DNA from: Candidatus Binatia bacterium
Lineage (GTDB): Bacteria > Desulfobacterota > Binatia > Bin18
NCBI GenBank assembly: GCA_963664395.2
Contig: OY761159.2
Span: 4,064,001 to 4,128,000, forward strand
Direction of reading: 5' to 3'
Length of the DNA: 64,000 bases
Position 1 is the stretch's first letter; each line of letters opens with the position of its first letter. This document shows, one piece after another, positions 50,029-59,588 of the stretch. The translations under genes and the position numbers were made by a program. The notes under the pieces are model-generated. The model did not search any database and had not been told where the DNA came from. It saw nothing but the letters and a program-made list of their open reading frames with translations.

Positions 50029-51084
50029 ATGATGACTGATCTGATGATTGATCTGCGGAGCGATACGGTCACCTTGCCGAGTCAGGCCATGCGCGACGCA
50101 GTTGCTCATGCCGAGCTTGGTGATGATGTCATGGGAGAAGACCCGACGGTCAATCGGCTGGAAGAACTGGCTGCGGAAAAGATGGGCAAAGAGGCCGCGC
50201 TGCTGGTGAGCAGTGGAACCATGGGCAATCTGGTCGCCTTACTCAGCCACTGCACCCGGGGACAGGACGTCATTCTTGGCGACCAGTGCCATATTTTCAA
50301 ATACGAAGCCGGGGGGGCGTCAGCCCTGGGTGGGCTGGCCTTTCACACCGTGCCCACGGGCCGTTTCGGAGAACTCGCCCTGCCGGATGTGGAACGGGCT
50401 ATATATCCCGCTGATGTGCATTACGCCCCGCCGGGGCTGATCTGTCTGGAGAACACGCATAATCGCTGCGGAGGGACGATCCTGCCGGTCGAGTATCTTC
50501 GCTCTGTTCGGAACCTGGCCGATACGGCCGGCGTGCCGGTGCATCTTGACGGCTCGCGCATCTTTAACGCTGCGGTGGCCTTGGGCTGTGACGTGAGGAC
50601 GCTCACCCAAGCCGTCGATACGGTCCAGTTTTGTTTGTCCAAAGGACTGTCGGCTCCAGTCGGTTCTCTCGTGTGCGGGAGTCGGGAGTTTATCCAGCGG
50701 GCTCGGCGTTATCGGAAAATGGTCGGCGGCGGGATGCGTCAGGCCGGCATTATTGCCGCGCCCGGAATCGTAGCCCTGAATGAAATGGTCGAACGTTTGG
50801 CCGAAGACCACCAGACCGCACGCCGGCTGGCTGAAGGCTTGGCTGAGCTGCCGGGCGTACGCATCGACCTTGAGACGGTCCAGACCAATCTGGTGATTTT
50901 TTCCGTGCCGACTCCTCATGCCAATGGCGGTTCTTTTGCTGAAGTGCTCGGGCAGGCCGGAGTTAAGGTCGGTGCTATCGGCGGCGAACGCTTCCGCGCC
51001 GTGACGCATTACGGCATATCGCACGCGGACATAGATGAGGCGTTACAGATCATACGCCAGACCTGGCAGCCGGCCGCGGCCTAA
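50029..51084 (+). CDS. ltaE: low-specificity L-threonine aldolase
   Basis: IDLRSDTVT, GDDV.GEDPT, SGTMGN, ENTHN, HLDGSRIFNA, CLSKGL, GGGMRQAG. Confidence 0.94.
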   Translation: MMTDLMIDLRSDTVTLPSQAMRDAVAHAELGDDVMGEDPTVNRLEELAAEKMGKEAALLVSSGTMGNLVALLSHCTRGQDVILGDQCHIFKYEAGGASALGGLAFHTVPTGRFGELALPDVERAIYPADVHYAPPGLICLENTHNRCGGTILPVEYLRSVRNLADTAGVPVHLDGSRIFNAAVALGCDVRTLTQAVDTVQFCLSKGLSAPVGSLVCGSREFIQRARRYRKMVGGGMRQAGIIAAPGIVALNEMVERLAEDHQTARRLAEGLAELPGVRIDLETVQTNLVIFSVPTPHANGGSFAEVLGQAGVKVGAIGGERFRAVTHYGISHADIDEALQIIRQTWQPAAA

Positions 51085-51156
51085 GCGAATCGGCGCGCCT
51101 ATACATCTTTTCCTGGCTGGGATAGAGGAAAACGATTAACGTAATAGGAGGGAACT

Positions 51157-52128
51157 ATGGCAAAGGTACAAACCGTTCTTGGCGATAAGACTGCGGACGA
51201 GCTGGGCTTTACGCTCGTACATGAGCACCTGACGGTCGGCTTCCCCGGTTATGAATGGGACAATACCAGTTTTGATCGCAAGAAAGAGCTCGATGGAGCG
51301 GTCGAAAAGCTCAAAGAGATTAAAGAGCTGGGAGTGACCTCGTTTGTTGATCCCTGCCCCATGGAATTAGGCCGTGACCCGGAATTCGCCGCCGAATGCG
51401 CCGAGCGGTCCGGGCTGAACGTCATCATTGCCACCGGCCTGTACAACGAAGCCTTGGGCATCCCGCCGCATTTCCGCAGTCTTGGGGCGGATGATATTGC
51501 CGAGGTGTATGTGCGTGAGATCACCGAAGGGATCGGGAATACCGGTATCAAGGCCGGCATCATTAAAACCGCCACCGGTGGCATTCCGGGCATGACCGAG
51601 ACGGCGACGAGTATCGGCCAGCACGAGGAGACGTGTTTGCGGGCCGCGGCACGGACGCACAAGGTTACGGGGCTGCCTATTCTGTGCCACAACGACGAGT
51701 TGGGTCCGTTCGGACGAGAGACCCTGGACGTCTTTGAAGACGAAGGGGTCGATTTTAACCGGGTGATGATCGGCCACGCGTGTGGTGTGGGTGATATGCG
51801 CTACTACTTTGACGTGCTTGAGCGGGGCGCATGGCTCGGTTTTGATCGCTTTGGAGTAGAGACTATTGCTTCCGATAAAATGCGCCAAGCCTCCCTCATC
51901 GGTCTACTGGCGGTCGGGTATGACCGGATTATGCTATCGCACGATGCCGTGCACTGCATGATGGGCCGTCCGAGCGCAGCGTGGGAACAGTTCATTGCGG
52001 CCTGCCCGAACTGGAACTATTCCCACATCCTGAAGAATATCATTCCGCAACTGAGCAGAGCCGGGGTGAGCGAGGGCACCATTCATACCATGACGGTTGA
52101 AAATCCCAAAAATTACTTTGGGGGATAG
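51157..52128 (+). CDS. phosphotriesterase-like (PTE/Php family) lactonase
   Basis: VQTVLG, TLVHEHL, GIKAGIIK, IGH, FDRFG, LSHD, NPK..F. Confidence 0.9.
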   Translation: MAKVQTVLGDKTADELGFTLVHEHLTVGFPGYEWDNTSFDRKKELDGAVEKLKEIKELGVTSFVDPCPMELGRDPEFAAECAERSGLNVIIATGLYNEALGIPPHFRSLGADDIAEVYVREITEGIGNTGIKAGIIKTATGGIPGMTETATSIGQHEETCLRAAARTHKVTGLPILCHNDELGPFGRETLDVFEDEGVDFNRVMIGHACGVGDMRYYFDVLERGAWLGFDRFGVETIASDKMRQASLIGLLAVGYDRIMLSHDAVHCMMGRPSAAWEQFIAACPNWNYSHILKNIIPQLSRAGVSEGTIHTMTVENPKNYFGG

Positions 52129-52161
52129 GAGTTGCTCTTTTCTGGGGCCGGCCGCTAGCGG

Positions 52162-52581
52162 CTACTCTTTCAACTCAATGGATATCTGGCTGTAGCGCGT
52201 GTCGCCGACGTTGGTCAGCGTATGAGTCACGCCTTTGACCGGGGGCATAATGACCTGGCCGGCCTCGGGATAATGTGTCTGGCGTTCAGGCTCCGGTCCG
52301 GCTTTTGTTGCCCTGAGCTTTGCACCCTCAAGGCAAATTACAACTTCGTCAAACTGATGGGTATGCTGCTTGGTGGATTGGCCTGGCTCCAGCACGAGTT
52401 TCCAGACTGTGACGCGCTCGTGGTCGAGAAGTAGGAGCGGTTTGACTGTGGTGCCTGCGGCATTCACTGGCGTGTGTACCAGCACGGCAATGCCTACTCC
52501 GAGGCCACACAGAGCCAAGAGCAGGCCGACACTCAGGCCGACACTCAGGCCGACACCCAGGCCAAGGAAAAAACGTTTCAT
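52162..52581 (-). CDS. exported/membrane-anchored cupin domain protein
   Basis: N-terminal hydrophobic segment with a 12-bp repeat (GLSV); LEPGQST..HTH..D, H.LTNVG. Confidence 0.75.
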   Translation of the reverse strand: MKRFFLGLGVGLSVGLSVGLLLALCGLGVGIAVLVHTPVNAAGTTVKPLLLLDHERVTVWKLVLEPGQSTKQHTHQFDEVVICLEGAKLRATKAGPEPERQTHYPEAGQVIMPPVKGVTHTLTNVGDTRYSQISIELKE

Positions 52582-52621
52582 GTCCGGCTCTTTCTTGTGC
52601 TGCTCGTTTGGCCTGTTGGGC

Positions 52622-53185
52622 CTATTTGGCCCGAGAGACATATCCTCCGGTTTCGGTGTCTACACGAATGGACTCGCCAATGTTGATAAAACCAGGAACG
52701 CGGACCACGAGGCCGGTTTCCATGGTGGCTGGCTTTAACTCATTCGTGACCGTTGCCCCCTTCATGGCGGGTGGGGTGTCTGTCACGGTGAGATCGACTG
52801 TCTTTGGCAGGCTGATGCCAACAGGACCTCCTTCGTACAGATCAATCGTGATCTTCATATTTGGTACGAGGTACTGTACCGCTTCCCCGAGGATGTCTTT
52901 CGATAAAGTAATCTGCTCGTAATCCTTGGAGTGCATGAAGCAGTATTCGTCGCCGGATTCGTACAAATATTCCATTTCCCGCTGCTCGAGGGTGATACGG
53001 TCTACTTTGTCGTTTGAGCTGAATTTATGCTCCGTTTGTAATCCACTCCGAAGATTGCGCAGTTTGGTTTGCACAAAGCCGCGTTTATTGCCAGGGGTGA
53101 CGTGTGTCAAATCCATGATGCGGTGGAGATCGTTTTGATACATGACAAGCGTCCCTACCCGCAGCTGAGTCGCTGGTATGAGCAT
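52622..53185 (-). CDS. efp: elongation factor P
   Basis: LRVG, HVTPG..GFVQTKLRNL, YEQI, KPATMETG..V.VP.FI..GE.IRVDT..G.YVSR. Confidence 0.95.
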   Translation of the reverse strand: MLIPATQLRVGTLVMYQNDLHRIMDLTHVTPGNKRGFVQTKLRNLRSGLQTEHKFSSNDKVDRITLEQREMEYLYESGDEYCFMHSKDYEQITLSKDILGEAVQYLVPNMKITIDLYEGGPVGISLPKTVDLTVTDTPPAMKGATVTNELKPATMETGLVVRVPGFINIGESIRVDTETGGYVSRAK

Positions 53186-53263
53186 CCGTCCTATCCTCCT
53201 GTCTATTCTGAGCGCTGGTAATCTAACAGTGGCTTGGCAAAACGCGCACGCAAGGCAGGCACG

Positions 53264-53686
53264 CTACTGGAGTTGATCTTCAGCCGGGGTTGGCGGCGCG
53301 AAAATCGGAGAACCATGATGGTGCACAATGAACCACTGGCCGTCCCGCTTTTCAAACAGATTCGTCGTCAAAATCTGTGACCGGGAGGTCCCATCCGGTC
53401 CTTGCGATTCGAGATTTTCGATGAGGACAGCCCAGCCCAGGCTCCCGGATACTTCTACGCGGACATCTGTCACATCAAAACGCATGGATTGGGTATGGGC
53501 AAAAATTCGCTCCCAACTCGCCATAACGGGCCCCCAACCTGACAGGAGCGGCCAACCCGGATGGATACATTTGATGTGGCTTGCTTGCAGCCAGACCTTT
53601 TCCATCTCGGTCATGTTCAGCGTTTCAAAGGCGCGGTAAAATGCCCGGTTTGCTGCGGTCACAGCGTCGCGCTCTTCCATATGCAT
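53264..53686 (-). CDS. SnoaL-like (NTF2 fold) protein
   Basis: AANRAFYRAFE, CIHPGW..L.GW..V..SW, TNLF, HHGSP. Confidence 0.88.
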   Translation of the reverse strand: MHMEERDAVTAANRAFYRAFETLNMTEMEKVWLQASHIKCIHPGWPLLSGWGPVMASWERIFAHTQSMRFDVTDVRVEVSGSLGWAVLIENLESQGPDGTSRSQILTTNLFEKRDGQWFIVHHHGSPIFAPPTPAEDQLQ

Positions 53687-53689
53687 TCC

Positions 53690-54019
53690 TTATGCTGGTT
53701 TTGGGGCCATGAAAACAAGGACCGTCAGTTGGTCGGAGCCCCTATTGCCGACGCCGTGCTCGGCGCCGGATGGAGCCAGCGCAATGTCGCCAGGTTCAAG
53801 CTCTCGTGTGTCCTGTCCAATATGAACAGTGGCCCGTCCGTCAAGCACATAATAGATTTTGTCGGAGCCGGTATGCGTGTGGGGCGTTTGTTCCTGCCCA
53901 GGTTCAAAGCAGTACACATCGCAGAACATTCGATCGGTTGTAAACAGATTGACCTTTTTCATCTTCTCGGACGAAAAGGCAATCTGGCCGGCTAGCTGCT
54001 TAAAAATATCCATTGTCAT
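53690..54019 (-). CDS. cupin domain protein
   Basis: YCFEPGQEQTPHTH..SDK.YYVLDG, P.G.EHGV.N. Confidence 0.88.
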   Translation of the reverse strand: MTMDIFKQLAGQIAFSSEKMKKVNLFTTDRMFCDVYCFEPGQEQTPHTHTGSDKIYYVLDGRATVHIGQDTRELEPGDIALAPSGAEHGVGNRGSDQLTVLVFMAPKPA

Positions 54020-54432
54020 CCACCTTACTCATCCCTTGTACGCGGACGGTCGATTCCAATTGATCCAATTGATATTGGTACGTCTTCGCAAAGAGATGCA
54101 TACCACCTTTATTTTACGGCCAAAAGCCCTGAGCCGGCAGAGAGAAGAGATTGACTGTTCTCAAAGGCTATTCCATATGGCATCACAAAATGCAGCGTCC
54201 CTTTCTCCAGGTATTAGCTGCACAAGCGCAGGTGCTAGAGGCCCAGCGACGTGCTGTGCACGTACGAAAGAGGCTGAACGACGCGTGGAGATCGTTGCAG
54301 TTGGCACGCTCAGGAGGTTCTCCGCCAATGTTATGACCGCCCCACATTTTCAAAATATACTTGTTTTTCAAAGCCTTTCCCTGGCATACTACAAGAAGCA
54401 GGATATAGTGGTTGCATCTGGAGGTGGAAGGT

Positions 54433-54627
54433 ATGGATCTTTCCCAATGTCGAAAGTGTACAAAAGGAGTGCTCGTCCCGTTATCTGATTACGGCCCGCG
54501 AGGATCAGACCTTGATTTCAAAGTGTGGGCGTGTACGAATCCGATGTGTGGCTTTACCATTCGGATTGACAAAGGGGTTATTCAATCCGGTCTCCGCGTG
54601 GGCGAATCAAAACGTCGCCCCGAGTAG
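54433..54627 (+). CDS. small zinc-ribbon-like protein of unknown function
   Basis: CRKC..G.LVPLSDYG..WACTNPMCGF.IRIDKG; GGAGG/GAAGG RBS. Confidence 0.7.
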   Translation: MDLSQCRKCTKGVLVPLSDYGPRGSDLDFKVWACTNPMCGFTIRIDKGVIQSGLRVGESKRRPE

Positions 54628-54800
54628 CACCGCTCGTAAGCACGACGCTCGGTCCGCGCATTCTTTTTTTCCTCCTTTTTTCCCTTCCTCCACATTCTCT
54701 ACAGTACATATCGCTCTCAGGTAAGCTCAGGCCCTCGCTTGTTTTGCTCCGCCCATCCTTGGTATGAGAACGGCGAGCGTATGAGAAATGAGGTGAAGGC

Positions 54801-56030
54801 ATGAAACAAGCACTCGATGGAGTCCGCGTCCTCGAATTTACCCAGGTGATGGCCGGGCCGTTCTGCGCCATGCTCCTTGGGGACTTGGGTGCGGATATTA
54901 TTAAGGTCGAGCCGCCAGGCGGAGATACCACCCGGCGCATGGGACAACGGCATGGTATGGAGAGCACCGGCTATTGGGCGGTCAACCGGAATAAGCGTGG
55001 CATTGTTCTCAATCTCAAAGACCGCCGTGCCCAGGACCTTGCGCGCACACTCGTGCGCCAGGCTGACGTTGTTGTGGAGAATTATCGTCCGGGTGTGATG
55101 GCCGGATTCGGACTGGACTATGAAAGATTGAAGAAGGAGCAGTCCAGCCTCATCTACGCCTCTGTATCCGGCTTTGGCGCGACTGGCCCATATGCGCACA
55201 AAGGGGGCTTTGATCTCGTTGCCCAGGGTATGTCAGGCATTATGTCAGTCACGGGCGAGGACGGAATGCCACCGATAAAATGTGGTATTCCAGTGACCGA
55301 CCTGGGGGCCGGTCTCTTTGCCGAACAAGCCATTCTTGCCGCGTACATCCATCGTCTCAAAACAGGCGAAGGCCAATATATTGATACGTCGCTGCTGGAA
55401 GCGGGCGTCGCACTGTCCGTATGGGAATCGACGCAGTATTTTTCAACCGGAGACATCCCTGAGCCCATGGGTTCGGCGCATCGGATGTCGGCTCCGTATC
55501 AAGCGATCCGCTGCGCAGACGGCTATATCAATTTGGGTGCGGCCAATACCCGGACATGGGAGAAGTTTGCCAACGCCATCGGGCGCCCGGAACTGGTAGA
55601 CCGGCCCGAATACGCAGAAGACGGTCTGCGCGTCCAAAACCGCCATCAACTCACCCGAGAAATAGAAGCCGTCACCACCCAGCAGCCGCGCTCACATTGG
55701 TTGGCTGTGCTCGAAGGGATGGGCGTCCCGTGCGGACCGATCTCAAATTACGCCGAGGTCTTTGCCGACCCGCATATTCAAGCGCGTAACATGGTGCAGG
55801 AGATGGAACATCCGGTTGGGGGGACAGTGCAGGTGCTTGGTCCGGCGGCCAAACTGTCCGAGACGCCAGCCCGGCTGACTCGGCGTTCCCCGTTGTATGC
55901 TGAGCATACGGCCGAGGTTTTAGCCGAGATTGGTTGTGTGGCGAGCGAGATTCAGGAATTGGAAAAGGCCGGAGTGATAGTAACGTGTCCTGACTCTCCT
56001 CAATGCGGCGTCAATAACTGTGCTCCGTAG
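54801..56030 (+). CDS. CaiB/BaiF family III CoA-transferase
   Basis: LDGVRVLE, AGPFC, DLGADIIKVEPP.GD, NRNKR, ENYRPG, GFD. Confidence 0.93.
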   Translation: MKQALDGVRVLEFTQVMAGPFCAMLLGDLGADIIKVEPPGGDTTRRMGQRHGMESTGYWAVNRNKRGIVLNLKDRRAQDLARTLVRQADVVVENYRPGVMAGFGLDYERLKKEQSSLIYASVSGFGATGPYAHKGGFDLVAQGMSGIMSVTGEDGMPPIKCGIPVTDLGAGLFAEQAILAAYIHRLKTGEGQYIDTSLLEAGVALSVWESTQYFSTGDIPEPMGSAHRMSAPYQAIRCADGYINLGAANTRTWEKFANAIGRPELVDRPEYAEDGLRVQNRHQLTREIEAVTTQQPRSHWLAVLEGMGVPCGPISNYAEVFADPHIQARNMVQEMEHPVGGTVQVLGPAAKLSETPARLTRRSPLYAEHTAEVLAEIGCVASEIQELEKAGVIVTCPDSPQCGVNNCAP

Positions 56031-56740
56031 ACAAACAGTACGCCGGCCAGGGTTGCAACCGGAAGCTGGCGCGAGTGACTGGCATCATGCGCTGCGGGGA
56101 GGAGACTGCCGGCTCCCAGATAGAGAAAGACGCCGCCAAACCACGCGAGCAACAGGGCAAGCATCTCTGTTTGAAAGGTCACAAACGACTGGGCATAGAC
56201 TCCGGCAAGTGGTGCCAGGGCGGTGAGAACGAGCATGATTCTGGTGGCGCGGACTGTCTGCTGCGTACCGAGCATGACGCCGGCAACACTCGCCCCGTCG
56301 GCAATTTTGTGAAGTAGGATACCCAAGGCAATAGCCCAGCCCACATGCTCGCCCGCCTGAAAGCCCTTGCCTATGGCAAACCCATCAAAAAAACTATGCA
56401 CCAGAATACCTATTGCACCCCAGATACCGGCGTGTGGGGCATGGGCATGGTGCGCGGCTTGCTCGGCCGCTGTCTCTCGCTGGTGGGTTAAATGCTCGAC
56501 AAGATAGAAGCACAGAAAGCCTAAAGTACAGGATAACAAGACATGATGATGGTGGAAGGATGAGCCGGGCGTTGCGAGCAATTCAAGCGATTCTGGAATC
56601 ACCTCCATCAACGCAGCAGCAATCAGGGCGCCGGCGCAAAAGGCAAAAACCGGGCCCTGGTAGACCTGGAGGCGCAAAACGAGCAGCCCGCCACCAAGGG
56701 TCAGTACAAAAGTCGCACCAGCTACCCAGAATGCTGTCAT
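56000..56740 (-). CDS. ZIP family metal transporter
   Basis: EVIPE, His-rich loop, HSFFDG, HKIADG, LLP.AH. Confidence 0.88.
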   Translation of the reverse strand: MTAFWVAGATFVLTLGGGLLVLRLQVYQGPVFAFCAGALIAAALMEVIPESLELLATPGSSFHHHHVLLSCTLGFLCFYLVEHLTHQRETAAEQAAHHAHAPHAGIWGAIGILVHSFFDGFAIGKGFQAGEHVGWAIALGILLHKIADGASVAGVMLGTQQTVRATRIMLVLTALAPLAGVYAQSFVTFQTEMLALLLAWFGGVFLYLGAGSLLPAAHDASHSRQLPVATLAGVLFVYGAQLLTPH

Positions 56741-56807
56741 TGTAAAGCGCTCTCTACGGTAATTTCGGGGAATAAGATGAGCCGAGTCTTACTAAAGCGG
56801 TTTTCAG

Positions 56808-57665
56808 TTATCGAGGTCGAAAGGCGCGAAATACCCAGGCACAGGCTAATAGGAAAGAGAGACACGCCGCAGCCATTTGGCCCGGCGGGAAATCATAATG
56901 ATTAGCGATGACAAAAGCAAAGACGCTACTGCCTAATGAGACGCACGGAGCGAGGACAAACAAGCTCTGCGCGGTCCAGCCTACATTCTTGGCCACTAAA
57001 GCCGGAAGAACCAGACTCGCAAAAGCAAACACGACTCCGGAAACATGTATGGAAAACCCGACGGCCAGGCCGAGCCAAGTCGAGAGCAGGCCGTTCCAGA
57101 GCCCGGTTCTCAGACCGACCGCGCGGGCCATTACGGGATCGAGTGTGATCAGCAGGACGGGCCGGTAATACACAATGAGGGCGGAGACGGTCAACAGCGT
57201 CATGCCGGAAAAAACCCAGACATCTCCGACTCGTGCCCCAATGATCGTGCTGGACAACAGGCGGTTGACTTCGTCCATGCCGTGCGGGCTGTGGGCGAGC
57301 AGCAGAATGGAGGCGCTCACGGAGAACAGAAAGACCCAGCCGGTGATGGCCTCGTGCGTTTCCTGACCGGCCCGCCGTCCGCCGCCGGTTGTGAGAAAGG
57401 CGGCCAGCACGGCAAACAGTCCGCCCATGAAGGAGTGGACCAGATCGGAGTTCCACCAACTGAGGGAGTCCGTGCTGAGCAGGTTGCCAAACCAGATTCC
57501 CACTGCGATGCCCAACAGCGACGCTTGAGAAACGGCTGCGCCGATGAAGATCTGATCGCGGGCAACCACCAGTACGCCGATCAGCGAGAGCAGAATGCCA
57601 ATCAGCCAGCCGGACAGATAGGCGTTCTGGAAGAGCGGCCACGAACTCACGAAACTGTCGATCAT
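56808..57665 (-). CDS. metal (Zn/Mn) ABC transporter permease
   Basis: Multi-TM; FIGAAVSQ.S.LG, EAITG, LDP.MARAVG, D.PPG. Confidence 0.88.
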   Translation of the reverse strand: MIDSFVSSWPLFQNAYLSGWLIGILLSLIGVLVVARDQIFIGAAVSQASLLGIAVGIWFGNLLSTDSLSWWNSDLVHSFMGGLFAVLAAFLTTGGGRRAGQETHEAITGWVFLFSVSASILLLAHSPHGMDEVNRLLSSTIIGARVGDVWVFSGMTLLTVSALIVYYRPVLLITLDPVMARAVGLRTGLWNGLLSTWLGLAVGFSIHVSGVVFAFASLVLPALVAKNVGWTAQSLFVLAPCVSLGSSVFAFVIANHYDFPPGQMAAACLSFLLACAWVFRAFRPR

Positions 57666-57673
57666 TATGGAGC

Positions 57674-58420
57674 CTAAGAATGCAGGTCGGACGAACCTTC
57701 TGGCGAGACGTGCAGATGAATACGCTGGCCGCGCCCATAGACGCGATCCAGGTTGGACTCGTTCAGTACCTCGGCTTTGGGGCCGGCAATAAGGGTCCCC
57801 TGCGCGACCAAGCCGATATGGGTGGCGTGGCGTTCGGCAATGCCAAGATTATGGGTGACGAATAGACAGGTGTTGTTCTCCTGGCGGTGAATGTCGGTCA
57901 AGGTTTGCAGGAAGTCATTTTCCGCAGTGAGGTCAAGGTTGTTCGTGGGCTCGTCCAGAATCAACAGGGCCGGGCGTCTCACTAGCGCTCGCGCAACCAG
58001 TGCGCGCTGGCGCTGGCCACCCGACAGTGTCCAGTAGTTTTGATGCTTGTGTTGGTCCAGATCGAGCATGCTCAGCGCCCGGTCCAGATACTCCCGTCGT
58101 GTGGCCCGGTTCAGGCCGGTGCCGACCAGACCCAGGCCGACGAATTCACGGACGGTAATCGGCAGTGTGGGATTGATGTCACAGCGCTGCGGCACGAATC
58201 CGACCCCGTTGGGTATATGCCGGTAGAGGCGACCCGTCTGCGGCTTGAGCAATCCGAGTAAGGTCTGGAGCAGGGTAGTCTTCCCAGCACCGTTCCGGCC
58301 CAGCACGAACCATAATTCGCCGGTGCGGATCGTCAGGTTTATGCGCCCGAGAACCGCAAAGTTTCCGTATCCGACCGACAGATTGGTCGTTTGCAGAACA
58401 ATATCAGTATCGCTGTCCAT
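57674..58420 (-). CDS. metal ABC transporter ATP-binding protein
   Basis: GRNGAGKT, GFVPQR, LSGGQRQR, LDEPT, VTH. Confidence 0.92.
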   Translation of the reverse strand: MDSDTDIVLQTTNLSVGYGNFAVLGRINLTIRTGELWFVLGRNGAGKTTLLQTLLGLLKPQTGRLYRHIPNGVGFVPQRCDINPTLPITVREFVGLGLVGTGLNRATRREYLDRALSMLDLDQHKHQNYWTLSGGQRQRALVARALVRRPALLILDEPTNNLDLTAENDFLQTLTDIHRQENNTCLFVTHNLGIAERHATHIGLVAQGTLIAGPKAEVLNESNLDRVYGRGQRIHLHVSPEGSSDLHS

Positions 58421-58505
58421 GAGGCCGTACCATATCTGCGGAACAGGAGCATTGTAAGCGGCTTTGCCACGGACAACACAAGCGCCCCGACAGCTCCGGC
58501 AATGG

Positions 58506-59561
58506 CTAGCTCGAACCGCCGGCCAGGGCCGCCGCGATCTGCTTCACGTTGTAATCCACCATATCGAGATAGTGCGCCGTCCCAGGGCGAGCAGTGACTT
58601 GTTCGGCCATGTGTACAACCGTGGCGCTGGAATTCTCGGAAACGAACTGCGCATAACGGGGGTCGTAATAGGCAGTCGCCATAACGACCTTCACTCCGTT
58701 CGTCTTCATCAGCTCAACAAGCGTATTCAGATGTTTCGTGGTTGGGGGAATGCCCGGCATGGGTTCGAGATAGGCGATCAGGTCGAGTCCGAAGAGTTCA
58801 GAGAAGTAAACCCAGACATTGTGGTCGGCGACGAGCTTGCTGCCGACATAGGGCCGCAGGCGGCCGAGCCAGCCGCTTAACAGAGACTCCTGTCCCTGAC
58901 TCTTGAGAAAGCTGTCCAGCCGTCCATGCCGGGCCAGCACCGCCAGCTTCTCGAAGTCGTAGGCGTCGGCCAGCGCTTCGCCGACGAGGGCCACGCCCAA
59001 GCGGCGCCGGAAGTCGGCATAGCGCTCGGCGAAATACGGGGCGCTGGCAGGTCGGAGGGCGCTCAGCCGGTCCCGCAGCAGCCGTGCGACACGCAGGCCG
59101 TTCATGGGGTCCAGCAGATAATGCGGATTGCCGAGCGGATGTACATCCCCCATGGAGCGATCGACCGGCGCGCTGGGAATCTGAAGCGGAGCGATGGCCG
59201 CGGACGCATCGATATAGCCCTGGCTACCAGGGAGGATATTGCCGTTACGAGCATTTTGCAGCAGGGGCGGCGCCCACCCAACTTCCAGCTCCAAACCCAT
59301 CTGAACATACACATCACAGATGCTCAGGGCCTTGATGAAGCTCGGCTTGGGTACCACGAAGTGAGCGTTTTCCGTGCCTTTGGCAAAGACCGTCAGCGTG
59401 GTCTGCTCGCCGCCAATCTCCTGGACCAAGCTGCCGAGGTCGGGAACCGTGGCACAGGCTTTGAGTGACTGCGCCTGGGCGGCCGGAGTCGGCCCCGGCC
59501 CGACAATCAGGCTCGCTAGTGTGAGCGCAGAGATAAGAAAACGGATCATCAACATGAGCAT
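58506..59561 (-). CDS. metal ABC transporter substrate-binding protein (ZnuA/TroA family)
   Basis: Signal peptide; NAHFV, GLELEVGW, DRSMGDVHPLGNPHY, EP.PGIPP. Confidence 0.9.
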   Translation of the reverse strand: MLMLMIRFLISALTLASLIVGPGPTPAAQAQSLKACATVPDLGSLVQEIGGEQTTLTVFAKGTENAHFVVPKPSFIKALSICDVYVQMGLELEVGWAPPLLQNARNGNILPGSQGYIDASAAIAPLQIPSAPVDRSMGDVHPLGNPHYLLDPMNGLRVARLLRDRLSALRPASAPYFAERYADFRRRLGVALVGEALADAYDFEKLAVLARHGRLDSFLKSQGQESLLSGWLGRLRPYVGSKLVADHNVWVYFSELFGLDLIAYLEPMPGIPPTTKHLNTLVELMKTNGVKVVMATAYYDPRYAQFVSENSSATVVHMAEQVTARPGTAHYLDMVDYNVKQIAAALAGGSS

Positions 59562-59588
59562 GCTCTCCTGTGTCTCCTGTTCGACTGG

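Noticed and set aside
54151-54336. Small ORF MQRPFLQVLAAQ..
   Set aside because: No clear RBS or recognisable motif; cannot be supported without homology or expression data.
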